Part shown: positions 57,840 to 64,000 of the stretch, piece by piece
How positions within the stretch are numbered: position 1 is the first letter of the stretch
Layout of the letters: the number at the start of each line of letters is the position of its first letter
NCBI GenBank assembly: GCA_043228905.1
Contig: JBHGNT010000006.1
Location: 10,664,001 to 10,728,000 of the forward strand
Length of the DNA stretch: 64,000 nucleotides
Source of the DNA: Azolla caroliniana
Lineage: Eukaryota > Plantae > Polypodiophyta
Reading direction: 5' to 3'
Notes under the pieces: generated by a model
What the model was told of the DNA's origin: nothing
What the model saw: only the letters and a program-made list of their open reading frames with translations
Databases searched by the model: none
Translations under genes and position numbers: made by a program

Positions 57840-59329
57840 TGAAACGTGAAGAGAATAGCGCGGAATATTGTGCGACCACAACCAAGTCTTGAATCACGTC
57901 AATGAGGATGAAACCCTGAAATGGGAAGTAGAGAGTGCACAAAAGAAATACACAGGATGTTTACGTGGAAAACCCAAATAGGGAAAAATTAGAGGAGCCC
58001 ACAAACTCCAACCTATCACTATATATGAGAGGTACAAAATAGAGACTCAGAGGCAACGACCTCGAGCTCTATATCTTTGCCAGCCAACGATTACAACAAA
58101 GTATCGCTCTGTATCTCTCTCTCCCTCTCTCTCTCAGTCACTCTCTATACATTAGTTATGCACATACAACAACATGACAACACACTAAAGTGATTGCCCT
58201 AAGTCATATTTATACTTATATGAACTTAGGGCTATTTACAAGTATAGCCTCAATGGGCTTACTCAAGACATATTTACAAATCTGTCTTCTCTTCCGATTC
58301 TCACCGGGTCTATCCGAACCAGTTTCCGGATCTCTTCCGATTCTCACCGGGTCCACTTCATTCATAATTGGATCCCATCCGGAGTGACCGATTTCCCAAC
58401 AATCTCCCCCTTCACTTCGGCATGGGATGTATCTCCAGCCTGATCCACTTTCGGCGCGCATTTAGCTTGTCGGTTGTCAACACCTTGGTCACCATATCCG
58501 ACCTCTACTCCTCCATGTGGATCTTCGTCAGCACGAACTCTTGATCTTCTACTCTCTCCCGGATCCAGTGGTACCTCCATTGGATATGTTTTGTCCGGGA
58601 ATTATAGTTCGCGTTCTTTGCAAGGTGGATGGCACTTTGACTGTCGCAGTAGAGTCGGTAGTCCTCCTGTTGGATTCCTAGCTCTCCAATGAAGTCCTTC
58701 ATCCAGATTATCTCCTTGTCGGCTTCTATAGCTGCCATGTACTCCGCCTCCGTGGTTGACAACGCAACTGTCTTCTACAGCCTCGACTGCCACGGAACAA
58801 CTCCCCCTACATAAGTCATGACATATCCGGATGTAGACCGGCTGGTATCCGCATCAACCGACATATCCAAATCCATGAATCCGTCAAGTTCGGGATTACT
58901 GGAGCCGAACCGGAGGCACATACTCGAGGTGCCTTTCAGATACTAGAGTATCCACTTGACCGCATTCCAGTGCTCTTTTTCAAGGTTCCTCATGAATCAG
59001 CTCACCACTCCGACTGCATATCCGATATCCAGTCGGGTACATACCATCACATACATCACGCTTCCGACGATAGAGGCATATGGTATCTTCATAATATCCG
59101 ACTTTTGTGTCTTTGTCTTCGGGCTTTGCTTTTCGGACAACTTGCAATTTGCCGGAAGTGTCGATCCGACCGGTTTCGCATCCGACATGCTGAACCGTTG
59201 AAGCACCTTCGTCACGTACTTTTCTTGTGACAGCCACAAGAGCTTCTTCGACTGGTCCTGGATGATATGCATCCCCAATATTTGTCTTGTCGGATCCAAG
59301 TCTTTCATCGAGAAGGTTCGGTTCAGAGC
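57840..59329 (-). mobile_element. Copia 3' fragment (RT/RNase H plus 3' LTR 57840-58401)
   Basis: STTEAEYMAA, YCDSQSAIHLAKN; PPT CTCCCCCTTC next to CCCAACA at 58401. Confidence 0.9.
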
Positions 59330-60877
59330 TGTTGAGAATCAAGCTCAACTTGGTCTAGTGTGTGAACTCACCTTGAGAGTGAATAGACACTCCAACGGTC
59401 AAGAGTCACCATTATGTCACCACTTTGTATTCTAGTATTTAGTATGAGTCATAGAATCATATTCTATGACACATAACTTATGAGCTTTCACATTCCCCAT
59501 GCTCCATGATTCTTGTAGTTAATGAAGAGAGAGGGTGACTATATAAAGCACCCTCGTCCCACCTTGTAAAAGGTTGAGTCTTTCTCCTTTGTTAATATAT
59601 TTTACCTTGCGTATTCTTTGTGTCTTACTCCGTGTCTCTCTCACTCTCTCTCTCTCTCTCATACACACACACACAATTCATATCTATTCCACTGCACAGA
59701 ATCCATCTCTTGATTCTTTACATGGTATCAGAGCGACTTGGTAGCTCGATCTAGCCCATACGCGTGCGTTGTGTCCTACGCCGACAATCAAGAACCGGCT
59801 CATCGCTATCATAGCTTCGCTACATAGCTCACATTCGAAGAGAGAAGAAGAAGAAGAAGAAGAAGAAGAAGAATCGACATAATGAATACTCAAATGGGGA
59901 GCGCTCTCCCTACGGAGAAGTTGGATCGAAACAACTTCGCATCTTGGGAGTACAAGATGCACCAATACCTTGTCGAACAAGGCTATTGGAGCTACATCAA
60001 AGGAGCAGACCGACCTGTCGAAACGGCTCCCGGATACGCGACATGGGATCAAGCCGCAAGCCGCGTGATGTATTGCTTGGTGACATGTGTTCACGATCAC
60101 ATGCTCGGCTACATTCGCGAAGCCAAGACGCCAAAGGAGGCATGGGAAAATCTACGAAAGATTTTCACGGCGAACACAACCGCAAGAAGGCTTCAACTCC
60201 GCCAAGAGTTGAACAACATTCAACAAAGGGACATGTCCATCATGACATACACGTTGAAGATCAAGGAGTTTTGCAACTCGCTCGGCTCGATAAGCGTAAA
60301 TATCGATGATGATGAGATGGTGCAAATATGCCTTGGCGGCCTCGCACCACAGTTCTGCGCAATGCAAACCGCCGTTCTAGCAGGGGAGAAATCTCCCTCC
60401 TTCTTCGAGCTCCAATCAATGCTATTGGTCGAAGAAAACAACGTGCGTACAAGGAGCAATGAGTCGGAAGGCCACATGCTCTACACGCACTCGAATGGAG
60501 GAAGAGGATGCGGACGAACGAGAGGCCGATTCGGCCAAGGACAAGGCGGACGAGGTCCGACCTACGACAACAATTCCCAATTTCGGCCGCAAAACAGAAG
60601 CAACCGAGGAACCTTCGCAAGAAGGGGGAGCTTCCACTTTGGCCCGAGCTGTCAAAACACAACCGAATGCGGATATTGCGGAAAGCTCAACCACCACGAA
60701 GAAGAGTGCCAAAAGAAGATGCGTGAATCAGCTTCCACAAGTTGACAACTCACGAATTACGCGCACAATTCCGACTACGAAGAGTATAGCGGAATGTACG
60801 GGCACAACTCCGACTATGAACATCGTGGCGGAATGTATGCACACAACTCCGACCGTGGCGGAATGTTCATGATGAAA
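59330..60877 (+). mobile_element. Copia 5' end of the second family: LTR 59330-59722, PBS, gag
   Basis: TGTTGAGAATC...CTTTACA; PBS TGGTATCAGAGC at 59723-59734; gag ORF 59882-60745 (KLDRNNFASWEYKM, CGYCGKLNHHEEEC); 39-bp repeats at 60764-60865. Confidence 0.9.
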
Positions 60878-63800
60878 TATTAGGAAACAGATCCCTCCAG
60901 ATGGGAAGTGAGAAGAACAGTGTTGATGAGCAACTCGGTTGAGGCCGATAGGCCTCAGCCGAATCCAGATGTGGAGTACCTGGCAACGGAAGAACTGGTG
61001 AGAACCGGATGACGAGTACCCGGCGACGGAAGACCTGGTGAGAACCAGATGACGAGTACCCGGCAACGGAAGACCCAGTGAGAACTAGATGACGAGTATC
61101 CAGCGACAGAAGACCCGGTGAGAACCGGATGATGAGTACCCGGCAAGGAAGACCCGGTGAGAACCGGATGTTCCAGGCCCGGTTAGAACCTCTGATCGGA
61201 TGGAAGGGACATATATGTAAATATGTTCCAGAGAGTCCACTGGGGCTATATTTGTAAATAGCCCGAAAGTCATATTAGTATAAATATGACCTAGGGCAAA
61301 CTTAATAGTAATCATGTAGAGTTGGTTGTGTTATTATTGTTGTGGCAATAATTCAGAGCACAACTGTGTACAGAGAAGAGAGAGAGAGAGGAAGAGGTCG
61401 TTGCCTCTGTTGTAACCGCCTGGTGGTGAAGCGAGGGAGCAAGAGGTCGTTGCCTTTGTGCCCCATTGTTGTAATCTTGATATAGTGATATTTTGCAGTC
61501 TGAGGGCTGCCATGGTTTTTTCCCAGATTTGGGTTTTCCACGTTAACATCTAGTGCACTCTCTTCTTTACTGTTTCGTGTGTAGATACATCTCACCACAT
61601 CCTTATTTTCTATACTTGATCCGACATCTCGGTTGTGGCTGAGCATAGCTTAGGAAACCGTATTCCTATCAAACTGGTATCAGAGCAAAACGACACAAAA
61701 AAATGGATGATTCGTTGGGAGGCATGTTTAAGCTCACCGGCTCCAACTATTCAGTGTGGAAGTCGAAGATGAGGGACATGCTCGTGGTTAAAGATCTTTG
61801 GTTGCCGGTTCAGTTCGGGAACAAGATACCGGACAAAATCGATACCACGATATGGGAAGTGAGGCACATGAAGACAACGGCGTACATATGGTGCTTCATC
61901 GACATGAGTCTATACAACAACTTCAATGAAGAGATCAAGCCTCATGAGCTCTAGGAGAAGATCAGCATTATGTTTCAGAACAAAAATGTTGTTAATCAGG
62001 TTTCGGTATTTCGGAAGCTAGTAAGACTCCGGTACCAAGATGGCTCCAGCATGGCGGAGCACATGAATGCCTTCCAGGGGCTGATACACCAGGCAACATC
62101 ATTGGAAGTACCTCTCACCGATGAGGTACTAGCACTACTCCTGCTCGGTTCCCTCCTAGATAGCTGGGAGACGTTGGTTGTCACTTTGGGCAACACCGGG
62201 CCGGAAGGGAAACGGTTATCCCTAGCAAGAGTGAAGTTGAGCTTGCTAGATGAGGAGGCGCGTCAGAAAGAAAAGGATACGAACTCCGACTCCAAAGCGC
62301 TCATTACCGAATCGGAACACGGAAGACAAAGGAACCGTAGTCCCCAGAACCGGGAGAAGTCGGGGACACGGTCAAAGTCAAGGAGGAGGCCTACCTGCTT
62401 CTATTGTGGCAAGTTGGGACACTTCCAGAAGAACTGTCGGCACATCCGAAAAGACAAGGAAACCGATGGTACCGATTCGAAGCGGACACTGGACCGGAAC
62501 AGTAAAGACCGGAGGGGAACGAACCGGAAGGGGACGACGGCAATCGCGGCAAGTGAAGAAGAGTTGATGCTCATCACCGAGGAGAGTGAGTTGAACCTTG
62601 ACGGTGACGAGACAACGTGGGTTGTTGATTCCGGAGTGTCGTTCCACCTTACCCCGGACCGTAAATACTTCTCATCCTACACAGCCGGTGATCACGGTTG
62701 TCTCTGGATGGGGAATGAAGGTACATGCCGAATTATCGGCATAGGAGACGTGTGGTTGACAACACCAACCGGATGCAAGCTACTGCTGAAGGATGTCCGA
62801 CACGTTCTAGAGGTTCGACTGAACCTGATATCAGCCGGTCCGCTAGATGATAAAGGCTACACGGGTAGCATCCGGAATAGAGTCATGAAATTCAGCAAAG
62901 GGAGCCTGATAGTGGCTCGGGCCCGGAAGGTCAACACGTTGTACCTGATGAATGCCCGGTTATGCCCGGAAGAAGTGAACATGGCTTCCGACACTGCCGA
63001 TGAGGTGTGGCAAGGGAGACTGTGTCACATGAGCGTGAAGGGGATGAAGAGGCTTGCCGATGACAACCTCATTCCAGTGAAGAACGTGCATCTTGAGAGG
63101 TGCACTGACTGCCTAGCCGGTAAATAAAACCGGACCTCCTTCCGATCGAGGACACCGATGAGACGTAATGCACCATTGGAGTTGGTGCATACTGATGTGT
63201 GTCAAGTGGACACGAAGTCACATGCAAGATCTCAGTACTTTGTGACGTTCATAGATGACCACAGCAGGAGGCTGTGGGCCACACCGTTGAAGACGAAGGA
63301 TCAGGTGTTATCCGTCTTCAAGGAGCTCCACGCAAGAGTGGAAAGAGAATCCAGCTGGAAGCTGAATACCGAGGGCAGTTCGAGGAGTACTGCCGCTCGA
63401 AGGGAATCCGGCTCGAATTTACCGTGCCGAAGACGCCGGAACTAAACGGGCTAGCCAAGAGGATGAACCAGACCATAATGGATAGGGTTCGAAGTATGCT
63501 AGCACATGCTAAACTACCCAAGACATTTTGTGTTGAGGCGCTGTCAACAACGACGTATGTGATAAACAGATCACCCTCAGTGCCCTTGGATGGAGACACG
63601 CCGCAGAAGATGTGGACCGGTAAGGAAGTGTCCTATCGGCACCTAAAGGTGTTCAGGGTTCTCGCGTACGTGCATGTTGCTAAGGACCGGAGAGGAAAGT
63701 TGGATCCAAAGACCCGGCCATGCATATTCCTCGGAAACGGCGATGATGAGTTCGGCTACCGAGTGTGGGATCCGATTGACAAGAAGGCTTTCCGGAGCCG

Positions 63801-64000
63801 AGATATTATCTTCATGGAGAACAAGACTCTTGCTGACTGGGAGTCGGAGAAGAAGATAATGAACTCCGATGAGATTCGGACCCACCCGGCTAAGAGCCGG
63901 TTGACACTCGAGGAACCAGCCGGTTACGGTGAGGATACCGAACTGGCAGAAGAAGAAGTAGAGGAACCTGAAACCAGAATCGGCCAAGACCCCGAATCAG
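60878..64000 (+). mobile_element. Decayed copia (first family) nested in the previous element; LTR 60878-61671; runs off the window end
   Basis: T(A/G)TTAGGAA...TTCCTATCA; PBS 61675-61686; gag MDDSLGGMFKLTGSNY with a stop at 61952; protease and integrase fragments. Confidence 0.92.
60968..61170. repeat. 40-bp tandem repeat (5 copies) in the LTR U3
   Basis: Unit GATGACGAGTACCCGGCAACGGAAGACCCGGTGAGAACCG. Confidence 0.9.

Noticed and set aside
60968-61170. Regularly spaced repeats resembling a CRISPR array (also 51330-51512 and 24460-24572)
   Set aside because: Head-to-tail tandem units with no unique spacers, inside LTRs of a eukaryotic genome, and no cas genes

Overview
Eukaryotic plant genomic DNA, most likely from a non-seed land plant. 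A fern or lycophyte is inferred from an intronless microbial-type terpene synthase (MTPSL), a decayed PLS-type PPR gene and Tcn1-like chromovirus sequence. The only intact host gene is the MTPSL at 34-1251. The rest of the window is a dense stack of nested transposons. It holds one intact, very young Ty1/copia element (4072-9403) and at least four decayed relatives, fragments of a second copia family, and several decayed Ty3/gypsy elements (Athila/Tat-like with an extra 3' ORF, chromovirus/Tcn1-like, and a fungal-like tRNA-Trp-primed element). It also holds a very young non-autonomous gag-only LTR element (38990-42689), several solo LTRs, and a 5'-truncated Penelope-like retroelement that is split by a TIR element and followed by a minimal hammerhead ribozyme (22369-22420). 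The most notable observations are five: (1) the Penelope-like RT plus hammerhead ribozyme, with no C-terminal endonuclease; (2) an apparent capsid-domain swap within one copia family; (3) the recently mobile gag/RT-relic element; (4) a conserved unknown ORF downstream of gypsy integrase; (5) an LTR lineage inserting at CpG-centred 4-bp targets. All calls come from reading the sequence by eye, with no database searches.
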